From an uncultured bacterium (lineage in GTDB: Bacteria > Auribacterota > JACPWU01): DNA of 32,000 nucleotides. This document shows positions 8,653 through 17,161 of the stretch, in pieces. The position numbers and the translations under genes are program-made. How positions within the stretch are numbered: the first letter of the stretch is position 1; every line of letters begins with the position of its first letter. The stretch spans positions 231,256 to 263,255 of the forward strand of contig CAZXEQ010000001.1 in assembly GCA_964640155.1 (NCBI GenBank). The letters are read 5' to 3'. The notes beneath the pieces are model-generated. The model did no database searches, was not told where the DNA came from, and worked only from the letters and a program-made list of their open reading frames with translations.

Positions 8653-8790
8653 TCATTGAAAATATTCTTCGAACTTCTTTTCTGAAGAAATCTCTTCCAC
8701 GTTTAAACCTACATTCAAATTGTCTAACATTTGAACTCGATGAGAACGCAATTGACTCATCACGAAATTTCTCATCATTAAACCGGTCAT
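8653..8790 (-). CDS. Possible 45-aa small protein (MTGLMMRNFVMSQLRSHRVQMLDNLNVGLNVEEISSEKKFEEYFQ)
   Basis: Open frame read by hand, below the track length cut-off. GAGGAG lies only 1 nt before this ATG, so the start and the coding status are uncertain. Confidence 0.25.
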   Translation of the reverse strand: MTGLMMRNFVMSQLRSHRVQMLDNLNVGLNVEEISSEKKFEEYFQ

Positions 8791-8822
8791 TCTCCTCACA
8801 ACAAAACTCCTTTACGATTGAA

Positions 8823-9017
8823 CTAATCTTTTAAAATTGACTTACGAACCCCTCTTAAAACAAACTCAACAGACTTTAAACTTTCATCCGCATGAATTTG
8901 ATTTACAACCCCTTCTGTTTCTTCAATTTCTTTCAACACATCTTGGAGAACAACAATCTGAGAACGTAAATAGGCCGCAATTTCATCTCTTCTTGCATAA
9001 GAAATAGCAAATCTCAT
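8823..9017 (-). CDS. Small 64-aa protein of unknown function
   Basis: Track ORF with a strong SD (AAAGGAGG, 8 nt spacing) and an ATG start. It lies 33 nt downstream of the response regulator gene. No recognisable motif. Confidence 0.55.
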   Translation of the reverse strand: MRFAISYARRDEIAAYLRSQIVVLQDVLKEIEETEGVVNQIHADESLKSVEFVLRGVRKSILKD

Positions 9018-9050
9018 TTTTTTAATCCTCCTTTTACTCCCAGCATTAAC

Positions 9051-9749
9051 TTACGAAAGATTCAAGCGATACCCTAATCCTTTGACAGTTCTAATAATCA
9101 AGGGATGCTTGGGATCCTTTTCTATCTTTTCTCTTAAATGTCGAATGTGAACAGCAATGTTTCCATACTCCACAAGATTATCTTCAGTCCAAACCGTATC
9201 AAGCAACTGATCATGTGTAATCAATTCTCCTGGCTTTTGAACCAGTATTTTTAGAATTTGTTTCTCTTTTTGGGTCAAAGCAACATTTCTATTGTTTTTA
9301 CGAACGTGAAAATCTAAATTTTCAAAATCTATTTCTAAATCACCTATCGAATATTTTTTAATCGGTTCTGCTTTTGTTTCACCCCTTGCCAAAATACGTT
9401 TTGCTCGAGCAACCAATTCTCTGGGACTAAAAGGTTTTGTCACATAATCATCGGCGCCTGCGTCAAAACCTTTGATTTTATCTTCTGTCTCAGACATAGC
9501 TGAAAGAATGATGATTGGAATGGCTTTTGTTGATTCAGTTTCTTTTAAAATTTTACAAACTTCCCATCCATTCATTTCAGGCAACATCAAATCCAAAATG
9601 ACAAGATTGGGCTTATCTTGTCGGCATAAGTTAAGAGCCGAATGTCCATCCAAAGCTTGAATGACCTCAAAACCCGCCATTTTCATATGAAGGGATACCA
9701 AACCCAATAAATCCTTTTCATCATCTACAATCAAAACTTTCCTTGTCAT
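9051..9749 (-). CDS. OmpR/PhoB-family response regulator (second copy in the cluster)
   Basis: Receiver domain (VLIVDDE, ILDLMLP, KPFSPREL) plus a winged-helix C-terminus (TVKGLGYRL). ATG at 9749 (MTRKVLIVDD) preferred over the GTG at 9755. Confidence 0.88.
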   Translation of the reverse strand: MTRKVLIVDDEKDLLGLVSLHMKMAGFEVIQALDGHSALNLCRQDKPNLVILDLMLPEMNGWEVCKILKETESTKAIPIIILSAMSETEDKIKGFDAGADDYVTKPFSPRELVARAKRILARGETKAEPIKKYSIGDLEIDFENLDFHVRKNNRNVALTQKEKQILKILVQKPGELITHDQLLDTVWTEDNLVEYGNIAVHIRHLREKIEKDPKHPLIIRTVKGLGYRLNLS

Positions 9750-10090
9750 AATCACTCACCACTCTCAAAAACCTTTTCTCAGTTTCTCCTTAGAACATAC
9801 CCTGAGCATATGGAGAAATCTTTAAATCCAAGTGAATTTTTTGTGACGAATGAAGAGGGTGGTTAGTAGCTATCTTGTGCTAGAGAAGCATGCACCTTTG
9901 GCAAGTATTTCGTATAAAAACGAAGTGTACTCCACTAAATGAAGAGATAATTTTTTTAACGGCGTATTTTTGAACATGATCTCTGACTCCATGCTCAATG
10001 TATCGCATAGAAGTAGAGGAATCATTAATCAGGTGTGAACTTTAGGAAAAGAAAAAGTTAAGAGAAATTAATCCTGTGTGCAAAAAGCGT

Positions 10091-10214
10091 AGTTTGCTCA
10101 AAAAGGTCCCAGATGCAAGGCACACGCAAGCGACTGCGGAGGCGTACGTTTATTGGTACGCCGCACAAAGAAGCGTAGCGTGGAACGCAGCAGATGGGCC
10201 TTTTTCAGCAAACT
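10091..10214. repeat. Family-2 long palindromic GC-rich element, copy A (about 124 nt), overlapping the phoR stop codon
   Basis: Near full-length hairpin: agtttgctcaaaaagg...ggcgtac/gtttattg/gtacgcc...cctttttcagcaaact. Homologous to 11410-11532. Confidence 0.85.
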
Positions 10215-11377
10215 TTTGGAAGTGTAAAATGGAATGTAGACCCCTTGCCCAACTCCGAATCCACCCAAACTCTACCATTGTGAGCTTGAACAATATGCTT
10301 CACAATCGAAAGGCCTAAACCCGTCCCCCCCATTTCTCGAGAACGAGCTTTATCCACTCTATAAAATCTTTCAAATACCCTTAAAAGATCTTTTTCAGGG
10401 ATGCCAATGCCAGAATCTATAATATCAAGTTGTATGTAATGGCTCCCGACTTTAGCATCGACAATAATTTGTCCTGCCTCAGGAGTATATTTAACCGCAT
10501 TGTCTAATAAATTCAAAACCACTTGTGAAATGCGTGCTTCATCAGCCAATGCTTTTGGGAGCACTGAACTCAACTTTGAAGAAAGAGATAAACGTTTATT
10601 TTTAATTTGAGGATTTAAAATAGAGATAGCTTTTTGGACAACACTTGATAAATCCAAAGGCAATAAAACCATTTTCATCTTTCCAGATTCAATACGAGCT
10701 AAATCTAGAAGATCATCAATAAGTTCTGACAATCGTTCGCTATCTTGGTGAATAATTTCTATAAATTTTTTAACATGTTCTTCATCAGCAATAGCGCCAT
10801 CCAGTAATGTCTCTGCATATCCACGAATACTTGCGACAGGGGTACGAAGTTCATGAGAAACATTAGCCACAAAGTCTTGTCGAATACTTTCCAAATGACG
10901 AAGTTCGGTAATATCATGGAAAACCAGCGTCACGCCTTCAACTTGATGTTCTTTCAAAAGAGGGACTGCATTTACCTTCAAAAATTTTTCCTCAGGCAAA
11001 GTCAAAACAATTTCTTCTGTAATCAAGCCCTTAGAACCTTCTAAAATCTTATCTACCATTTCCTGAATTGCTTTATTTCGAATGACTTCAATGGGTCTTT
11101 TGCCTTCAAGAGAGCCATCTAACAAAAATATTTTTCTAAGAGATGGATTCATAAAAATAATTTCGCCCAAACAATTGGTCAATAAAATCCCCTCGAACAT
11201 ACTCGATAAGACGGTATCAAACTGTGCTTGGCTGGCGGTATCTTTTTGAATACGACTTTTAAGATGTCGTTCAGTATTACGTAAAGAGAAGTTTAATTTT
11301 TGAAGACGACGACGAAGACGAAAAACTTCAAAGACAAAAACACAAATAATACATACAAGAACAATATAAAGATTCAT
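10205..11377 (-). CDS. phoR: PAS-domain sensor histidine kinase, PhoR-like
   Basis: N-terminal TM segment, PAS-like region, H-box FVANVSHELRTP, N-box LLDNAVKYT, G-boxes DSGIGI and GGTGLGLSIV. Adjacent to phoB and pst. ATG at 11377 preferred over the TTG at 11395. Confidence 0.75.
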   Translation of the reverse strand: MNLYIVLVCIICVFVFEVFRLRRRLQKLNFSLRNTERHLKSRIQKDTASQAQFDTVLSSMFEGILLTNCLGEIIFMNPSLRKIFLLDGSLEGKRPIEVIRNKAIQEMVDKILEGSKGLITEEIVLTLPEEKFLKVNAVPLLKEHQVEGVTLVFHDITELRHLESIRQDFVANVSHELRTPVASIRGYAETLLDGAIADEEHVKKFIEIIHQDSERLSELIDDLLDLARIESGKMKMVLLPLDLSSVVQKAISILNPQIKNKRLSLSSKLSSVLPKALADEARISQVVLNLLDNAVKYTPEAGQIIVDAKVGSHYIQLDIIDSGIGIPEKDLLRVFERFYRVDKARSREMGGTGLGLSIVKHIVQAHNGRVWVDSELGKGSTFHFTLPKVC

Positions 11378-11409
11378 GAATAATAACCCGTACAAAACCC
11401 CATCGACGC

Positions 11410-11532
11410 AGTTTGATCAAAAAGCCTGAGATGCGAGGCACATACAAGTGACTGCGGAGGCGGATGTTTTCTTATCCGCCGCACAAAGGAACGCAGTATG
11501 CAACAAAGCAGATTAGGCTTTTTCATCGAACT
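11410..11532. repeat. Family-2 long palindromic GC-rich element, copy B (about 123 nt), between phoB and phoR
   Basis: agtttgatcaaaaagcc...ggcggat/gttttctt/atccgcc...ggctttttcatcgaact. Roughly 75-80% identical to copy A by eye, in the same orientation. Confidence 0.85.
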
Positions 11533-11533
11533 G

Positions 11534-12220
11534 CTATTCTTTCTCTTTAAACCGATACCCCATCCCCCTCACTGTCTCAATCCAATCCCCTGCCTTCCCC
11601 AACTTCTCTCGCAAACGCTTAACATGAGTATCAATTGTGCGTGTATCAATTTCTACATCAATTTCCCAAACGTCTGAAAGCAATCGTTCCCGTGTTTGCA
11701 CACGCCCCTGACGTTCCATCAAGGTTAAAAGAAGTTTAAATTCTAATGGAGTTAAAACAATTTCTTTTTTAGCAACCAACACTTGATGTTTAGGTAAATT
11801 TACTTCTATATCTTTTATTTTTAAAATCTCTTGTTTTCGTTCTTGTGTCCCACGCCTTAAAATAGCCTTAGCACGAAGAATCAATTCGCGAGGACTAAAA
11901 GGTTTGACCACATAATCATCAGCTCCTAATTCGAGACCCACAACCCGATCTACTTCTTCCCCTTTTGCCGTGAGCATCAAAATCGGAATTTTTTTAAGTT
12001 TTTCATCTTGTTTCAAAACTCGACAAACTTCCAGGCCATCCATTTGAGGAAGCATCACATCTAAAATCACCAAATCAACAGAACTTTCCTTGGCTTTCTG
12101 AAGACCTTTCTCCCCTGACGAAGCTAAAAAACACTCAAAACCTGCTTTTTCAAAGTTATATTGAATGAGCTCGGCTATATGGGCATCATCTTCAACAATC
12201 AAAACTCTAACTTTTGCCAT
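11534..12220 (-). CDS. phoB: OmpR-family response regulator, PhoB-like
   Basis: MAKVRVLIVEDD, ILDVMLP, KPFSPREL, winged helix ETVRGMGYRF. ATG at 12220 has AGGAG 6 nt upstream. The track start at 12244 is a TTG. Confidence 0.8.
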   Translation of the reverse strand: MAKVRVLIVEDDAHIAELIQYNFEKAGFECFLASSGEKGLQKAKESSVDLVILDVMLPQMDGLEVCRVLKQDEKLKKIPILMLTAKGEEVDRVVGLELGADDYVVKPFSPRELILRAKAILRRGTQERKQEILKIKDIEVNLPKHQVLVAKKEIVLTPLEFKLLLTLMERQGRVQTRERLLSDVWEIDVEIDTRTIDTHVKRLREKLGKAGDWIETVRGMGYRFKEKE

Positions 12221-12244
12221 TTTAGGCTCCTGAAAATCATCCAA

Positions 12245-12949
12245 TCACATTTGACTTAATAAACTTTTTCTTTTGGCTTCATATTCGTCCTGTTTAATAA
12301 GCCCCTCTTTATGCAGCTGCTCCAATTGTTTCATTTTTTCTAAAATATTTGAAGAGCCTTTAGGTTTCACTAAATCTTCACCCACTCCCGAAAGAGAACG
12401 CTTTGCATCCATCATCGTTTGTTTAAAAACAATAGGACTTTTCAAAAAATGCATGGTATTGAGCCCCACTTCACTGGCTGTCATCACAGTAATATGTCCA
12501 TATCCAAGCATTCGACCAAAAATGGACTGAACCAATAAAACATCATTAATTTTTTCTAAAGAAGAATCTACTGCTGTTTTACTAAAAACACCCCTCACAT
12601 GCATGGCTCTACGTGAAGTCACAATATATTGAGAAGTAAACCATCTCAGAATAGAAAAAATAAAATTCAAAACCATTTTCAACACATATAACCCTCCAAT
12701 TGCAGGCAGAACCCATTCAGGCAAGCGATCTAAAAGAGGAATAATTGTTTGCCTCCAAACATATAGTTTATTGACCCAAACTTCAGGAACAAAAGAGGGA
12801 ATGTGAAAATTTAAAATTTGAATAGCAATATAAAGGACCAAGCCTTGTAAAACAAGTCGTATAAAAGCTCCCGCCAATGCAATAGGGTGTTGTCTTTCTT
12901 GAACTAAAATTTTTTCATCGTTCGATAAAAGTTTGTCAATATAGCTCAT
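12245..12949 (-). CDS. Membrane protein with a bacterial PH (YdbS/YdbT-like) domain and a C-terminal SHOCT-like domain
   Basis: Two TM helices, then ...YIVTSRRAMHVRGVFSKTAVDSSLEKINDVLLVQSIFGRMLGYGHITV (membrane PH pattern). C-terminus KMKQLEQLHKEGLIKQDEYEAKRKSLL (SHOCT pattern). AAGGAG SD. The phoB SD lies only 3-7 nt past its TGA stop (12245-12247). Confidence 0.7.
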   Translation of the reverse strand: MSYIDKLLSNDEKILVQERQHPIALAGAFIRLVLQGLVLYIAIQILNFHIPSFVPEVWVNKLYVWRQTIIPLLDRLPEWVLPAIGGLYVLKMVLNFIFSILRWFTSQYIVTSRRAMHVRGVFSKTAVDSSLEKINDVLLVQSIFGRMLGYGHITVMTASEVGLNTMHFLKSPIVFKQTMMDAKRSLSGVGEDLVKPKGSSNILEKMKQLEQLHKEGLIKQDEYEAKRKSLLSQM

Positions 12950-12960
12950 TCTAATTCTCC

Positions 12961-13434
12961 TTAAATTTCTGCGTTTTTATTTTTAAGTTCTTCTTCCTGT
13001 TTCAGAAAAAATTCGAAAACATTATGATCAAAAGGTTTGTGTTTGGTGTTTGCTTGAGTCCCTCTTATCTTTGAAAGACAGTGATAGCACACAGAAATAT
13101 TAGGTAAAATTCGAAATAGAATAAAATCAACAATGGCTACCACCGCTAAACTCAATCCATAAGTCCATGGAACAAAAATAGCCCCTACCAACACAATCAA
13201 ACACCCCATTTCCTGAGGGAAATCTCTTTGCGTGTAGAAATCTTGCTTTTCACATAAAGGACAATTTTCTAGAATTTTATTATTTCGAAGAGCATTGGAA
13301 ACGAAAATCTGTTTTTCATGGAAGCATTTTTTACATTGAGTTTTTTGAACGGTCTCAACATGCTTGATCTTATTTCTCTTAGAACAAATCTCTCCTTCTC
13401 CCAAATCTTGCTTACAGTCATAAATTAAATCCAT
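12961..13434 (-). CDS. Cys-rich (CxxC pairs) two-TM membrane protein, unknown function
   Basis: CKKC...CPLC N-terminal zinc-ribbon-like pairs, hydrophobic stretch GCLIVLVGAIFVPWTYGLSLAVVAIVDFILF, then CYHC. ATG start. Confidence 0.6.
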   Translation of the reverse strand: MDLIYDCKQDLGEGEICSKRNKIKHVETVQKTQCKKCFHEKQIFVSNALRNNKILENCPLCEKQDFYTQRDFPQEMGCLIVLVGAIFVPWTYGLSLAVVAIVDFILFRILPNISVCYHCLSKIRGTQANTKHKPFDHNVFEFFLKQEEELKNKNAEI

Positions 13435-13473
13435 ATAAATACCTTTGCTTACATGCCTTCTTTAGTATTTTTT

Positions 13474-14226
13474 TTAAAGAGAAATTCCTGAGATCATGGT
13501 CAGAAAATCAGCCATAATCTCTCCCATCAAAACAGCGCCAGTTGTGAAATAAAGAATCCCCGTCGCTGAACGATTGGAATGAATTCTAGCACATCGATAA
13601 GCTGGAATCAGAAAAATCAAAGGAAGGATAATCCCCCATAACACTCGAGTAAAAAAGAAAATACCTCCTATTTGCCCCAATAAATATTTACATTCTCCTG
13701 ATTTTTCTAGAAACAAAACGTAGACAATAAAACTTGTTCGAACCAAAGCCAATACAAAGAAAATACGAACAAATCGAATAAGATGATCAAAAGAAAGTTG
13801 AGGGCGAATCAAATACCAATGGCCCAATATCATGGATACCACTGAAAAACCTAAAAGAAAAGCTCCCAACAAAAAATTTAGAAATGAATAAATCCAAGAA
13901 ACTTTCAATCCTGTGATATTCTGATTAGCGAGGACAATAACACCCAAAAGGAAGGTTACAAGAATTAAAACGTTCGCACTTGATTTCAAACGTCGGATCA
14001 TAAAGAATAACAAGAAAAGAGTAATAACAAAAATAATAAGAAGCATATATTCTAAATCAAACGTGTAATCATGAATAAGAAACCCTAACAAACTTGATAT
14101 AAAAGCCAAAGAAACAAGAAGTCGAGAAAAACTTTCTCCGACAGCTTTTACCGGAATCAAAGGCAAGCAAGGAAGAATTCCAACAGCTAATTTAATAAAA
14201 AAGTGTACTAAGGCTATTTTTAACAT
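13474..14226 (-). CDS. Polytopic (about 7-8 TM) membrane protein, unknown function
   Basis: Track ORF, uniformly hydrophobic with short loops, ATG start, no obvious SD. First gene of the long minus-strand block. Confidence 0.6.
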   Translation of the reverse strand: MLKIALVHFFIKLAVGILPCLPLIPVKAVGESFSRLLVSLAFISSLLGFLIHDYTFDLEYMLLIIFVITLFLLFFMIRRLKSSANVLILVTFLLGVIVLANQNITGLKVSWIYSFLNFLLGAFLLGFSVVSMILGHWYLIRPQLSFDHLIRFVRIFFVLALVRTSFIVYVLFLEKSGECKYLLGQIGGIFFFTRVLWGIILPLIFLIPAYRCARIHSNRSATGILYFTTGAVLMGEIMADFLTMISGISL

Positions 14227-14295
14227 ATTTGAAGAGTCTAATGATTCACACAGAAGGTTTAAAGGAAAAAATCAATCGTGTAAATAAAACTGTGC

Positions 14296-14399
14296 CCTTT
14301 ATAGATGCGGGTGACGCTTGGCGAGGCGCCCCATCGAGCGCAACTTTTGATGAGCACGATGGGGCTGACAAGCGGCAGGACCCGCCACTTTTTCAAAGG
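14296..14399 (+). repeat. Family-1 GC-rich palindromic element, copy 1
   Basis: gatgcgggtgac gcttg gcgaggcg ccccatcg [20-nt loop] cgatgggg ctga caagc ggcagg acccgcc followed by CTTTTTC. About two-thirds GC by hand count. Homologous to 17162-17266 (inverted) and to the ends of 23004-23199. Confidence 0.85.
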
Positions 14400-14412
14400 A
14401 CACACTTTTTTA

Positions 14413-15447
14413 ATGATCATGAGAAAATCTCCTCTACACTCACAGCATGAATCCTTAAACGCTTCTTTCAAAGAAGAAAATGGATGGCTTTTGCCTGAAT
14501 ATTTCAGCTCGCCAGAGAAAGAATGGGAAGCTGTTCGAACTTCAATGGGTATATTAGATCTTAATCATGTCGGTAAAATTCTGATTCAAGGGCAAGATCG
14601 TGCTTCATTCCTACATAATATGGTCTCAAATGACATTAAATCACTTTTGCCCGGGAATTATCGCTATGCAACACTTTTAACTCCCAAAGGGAAAATGATT
14701 TCTGATTTACACATTTATGCTCTTGAAAATCATTTACTTATCGCTTTAAACGAAAATCTCGTGCAACCCGTTATCGATAAACTTTCTGCTTTTATTATTT
14801 CAGAAGATGTTCAAATCCAGGATGCCACTACTTCTTATGGGCTTCTATCACTTCAAGGACCTCAGTCAACATCCTTTGCGCAAACAATTAATTTTGACTC
14901 CTTCAAAACCAAAATATTCCCTCACAGTCGCACTGGAGAAGAAGGATATGATGTATGGATCCCTACCGAAAATCTCATTCCATTATGGAAGCATCTAAAA
15001 ACAGGAGAAAAAACAACACCGATTGGCATGCAAGCTTATCAAATTTTGAGAATAGAAGCAGGAATCCCCCTTTTTGGAGTTGATATGAATCAAAATACCA
15101 TCCCCAATGAAGCCAATTTAGAAAATGCGATCAGTTGGAATAAAGGTTGTTATCCTGGCCAGGAAATAGTCGCCAGAATCAAATACCTTGGTGGAGTTAG
15201 AAAGCTTTTAAGTGGATTCATCCTTGAGAGAGAAAGAGTCCCCAACCCACAAAGTAAAATTTTTAGGGGCAATAAAGAAATTGGCTATATCACAAGCTCT
15301 ACCCATTCATTGGCCTTAAAGAAACCTATCGCCTTAGGCATCATAAAAAAAACAGATACAGATGATGGGACTCAAATTGAAATCGAAGATGGAAATGAAA
15401 AAAGAATTGGGGAAATTACAACTCTTCCGTTTTACAAGAAGCTTTAG
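14413..15447 (+). CDS. ygfZ: YgfZ/CAF17-family folate-binding (GcvT-like) protein
   Basis: GcvT-like N-terminal region and the family signature KGCYPGQE (NKGCYPGQEIVARIKY). Start placed at ATG 14413 (or 14419). The track start at 14305 reads through repeat copy 1. Confidence 0.75.
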   Translation: MIMRKSPLHSQHESLNASFKEENGWLLPEYFSSPEKEWEAVRTSMGILDLNHVGKILIQGQDRASFLHNMVSNDIKSLLPGNYRYATLLTPKGKMISDLHIYALENHLLIALNENLVQPVIDKLSAFIISEDVQIQDATTSYGLLSLQGPQSTSFAQTINFDSFKTKIFPHSRTGEEGYDVWIPTENLIPLWKHLKTGEKTTPIGMQAYQILRIEAGIPLFGVDMNQNTIPNEANLENAISWNKGCYPGQEIVARIKYLGGVRKLLSGFILERERVPNPQSKIFRGNKEIGYITSSTHSLALKKPIALGIIKKTDTDDGTQIEIEDGNEKRIGEITTLPFYKKL

Positions 15448-15461
15448 AATCAAAAAACATT

Positions 15462-17120
15462 CTATATCTTTTTTGCCATTCGCTCACAGATCCTCTCCAA
15501 AGCCGGTGAATGATCTTTTGAATCAATTTGAATTTCAAGAAGTGAAAAGGTTTTCTTGTTGGCTAAAGCTTTTTGAAAAGCGTTCAAAAATTCTTTTTCT
15601 GTTTTGATATTAAAAGCCTCACCCCCACCAAAAATTTCAGGCAGTCGATGATATTGCCAATTGGGGATATCATTATAAGGAAAATCTGCGTTTTCAAGAA
15701 TGCGTTCTGTACCATAGCCTTGGTTATTAAAAAGAATTACAATTGGATTAAGCTTCATTTTCAAAATGGTTGAAAGTTCCATCCCTGTCATCTGAAAAGC
15801 TCCATCCCCCACAATCACAATAGGTCTTAACTTTGGATTTGCCAGTTGGGCTCCCAAAGCAGCTGGAACAGAAAACCCCATGGATGTATAATAAGCTGGA
15901 CTAAAAAATTCTGTTCTCTTATGCATTTTTAAATCTAATGCCCCAAACAAAGCATCCCCAATATCGGCAATCACCACCATATTTTCATCTAAAAGTGTGT
16001 TCAAACACTCAAAAAGTCTATGCAAATGAATGGGATCATCTTCTTTTATTTTAAACTCTACTTCTTTGAGACTTTTCTCTGACACAATAGTTTTTCTGGA
16101 CTGAATAGGAGAAGCCACAAGTCCTTTCATAAAATCTTTGAATGTGACTTCTTCAAAACGATGGTGACGAATCATAATTTTTTCTGATGTTGCATAAATA
16201 GAACGCGCTTGATCTAAATTAGCCGTAAAAATACCCAGATTAATGTCTGTCATAAAAGTCCCGAGCATGATCAGACAATCCGAGTCCTCCACCTTTTTTC
16301 GTACATCCTCTCGCCCAATCGCCCCTTCATACACACCTAAATAAAGAGGATGAACTTCACTGACCACAGATTTTCCAAGAGCAGTCGCCGCAACGGGTAT
16401 TCTAAATTTTTCAACTAATTTCATTAACTCATCCTGCAATCCGAAACGATGAACTTCTACATCTGCTAAAATCACAGGATGCTTGCTATGATTAATCATT
16501 GCAATGGCTTCATCTAAAACTTCCCGTAAAACAGCAGGATTGCTTTTTTCTTGTATGGGTTGATAAACATGATGTGCTGGACCTAAAACATCTGTCATAT
16601 CTCTAGGAATCTCAATATAAACGGGACGTTTGTAACGAAGTGCTGTATCCAAAACACGATCAATCTCTTGAAAAGCAATCAAAGGATCGCTCAAAACGGT
16701 GCTGGCCACTGTAAATTGATCAAAAATATCTTTTTGAGTGGTGAAATCACGAATACGATGATGCAAAAGTGGATTTTTTTCTCTCTCTTTCATTCCCGGT
16801 GAACCACTGATTACGACCACAGGAGATTTTTCGGCATAAGCGCCCGCAACTGGATTTGCAACATTGAGTCCCCCTACACAATAAGTCACACACACGACAC
16901 CTAATCCATTCATACGAGCATAGGCATCTGCAGCAAATCCAGCAGACTCTTCACGGGTGGTGACTACAGGTAGAATTTTGCTATTCTGGGTAAGATTATA
17001 AAAGCGAAGGATATAATCACCCGGAATTCCAAAAATATGACGAATTCCAAGTGCATAAAGACGATTGAGAAGATATTGGCCAATGGAAATTTTGTTTTCC
17101 ATAGATTTGTATACAATCAT
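15462..17120 (-). CDS. Thiamine-diphosphate-dependent alpha-keto-acid decarboxylase (indolepyruvate/phenylpyruvate decarboxylase family)
   Basis: 552 aa. N-terminal pyrimidine-binding region (IFGIPGDYIL, REESAGFAADAYAR) and the TPP motif GDGAFQM...NNQGYGTER. ATG 17102 (MENKISIGQYLL) is an alternative start. Confidence 0.8.
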   Translation of the reverse strand: MIVYKSMENKISIGQYLLNRLYALGIRHIFGIPGDYILRFYNLTQNSKILPVVTTREESAGFAADAYARMNGLGVVCVTYCVGGLNVANPVAGAYAEKSPVVVISGSPGMKEREKNPLLHHRIRDFTTQKDIFDQFTVASTVLSDPLIAFQEIDRVLDTALRYKRPVYIEIPRDMTDVLGPAHHVYQPIQEKSNPAVLREVLDEAIAMINHSKHPVILADVEVHRFGLQDELMKLVEKFRIPVAATALGKSVVSEVHPLYLGVYEGAIGREDVRKKVEDSDCLIMLGTFMTDINLGIFTANLDQARSIYATSEKIMIRHHRFEEVTFKDFMKGLVASPIQSRKTIVSEKSLKEVEFKIKEDDPIHLHRLFECLNTLLDENMVVIADIGDALFGALDLKMHKRTEFFSPAYYTSMGFSVPAALGAQLANPKLRPIVIVGDGAFQMTGMELSTILKMKLNPIVILFNNQGYGTERILENADFPYNDIPNWQYHRLPEIFGGGEAFNIKTEKEFLNAFQKALANKKTFSLLEIQIDSKDHSPALERICERMAKKI

Positions 17121-17161
17121 TATATCAAAAAATTTCTATAAATAGTGTTGAAAAGAGAATG

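Noticed and set aside
9756-10090. A 335-nt spacer between repeat A and the second regulator, with a 52-codon minus-strand ORF (MIPLLLCDTLSMESEIMFKN...) and an orphan AAGGAG at 9786-9791
   Set aside because: The ORF has no SD and looks unconvincing. The AAGGAG is 37 nt from the regulator ATG, with no in-frame start nearby. The region is left unassigned rather than annotated.
10076-10318. 80-aa + strand ORF
   Set aside because: It reads straight through palindromic repeat copy A and then antisense to phoR. An artefact of the GC-rich repeat.
14341-14386. Hammerhead-ribozyme-like strings in family-1 repeats (UUGAUGAG in copy 1; CUGACGAG in the reverse complement of copy 2)
   Set aside because: The CUGANGA-like strings are not conserved between copies (CUGACAAG versus CUGACGAG at the same position). 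I see no matching GAAA / cleavage-site arrangement.
14355-14390. Resemblance of GGGGCUGA...GGCAGGACCCGCC to tmRNA 5' ends or SRP RNA
   Set aside because: Far too short (about 100 nt), with no tag reading frame, no tRNA-like 3' end and no SRP domain IV motif. It occurs in multiple copies and both orientations, so it is a repeat rather than a housekeeping RNA.
14229-14471. ORFs 14229-14450(+) and 14259-14471(-), and the 14305 start of the ygfZ-like ORF
   Set aside because: All are generated by the stop-poor GC-rich family-1 repeat. The ygfZ-like protein aligns in length with a start at 14413/14419.
15445-15464. Inverted repeat TAGAAT...ATTCTA formed by the two convergent stop codons of ygfZ and the decarboxylase gene
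   Set aside because: Only 6 bp and AT-rich. Too weak to call a terminator.
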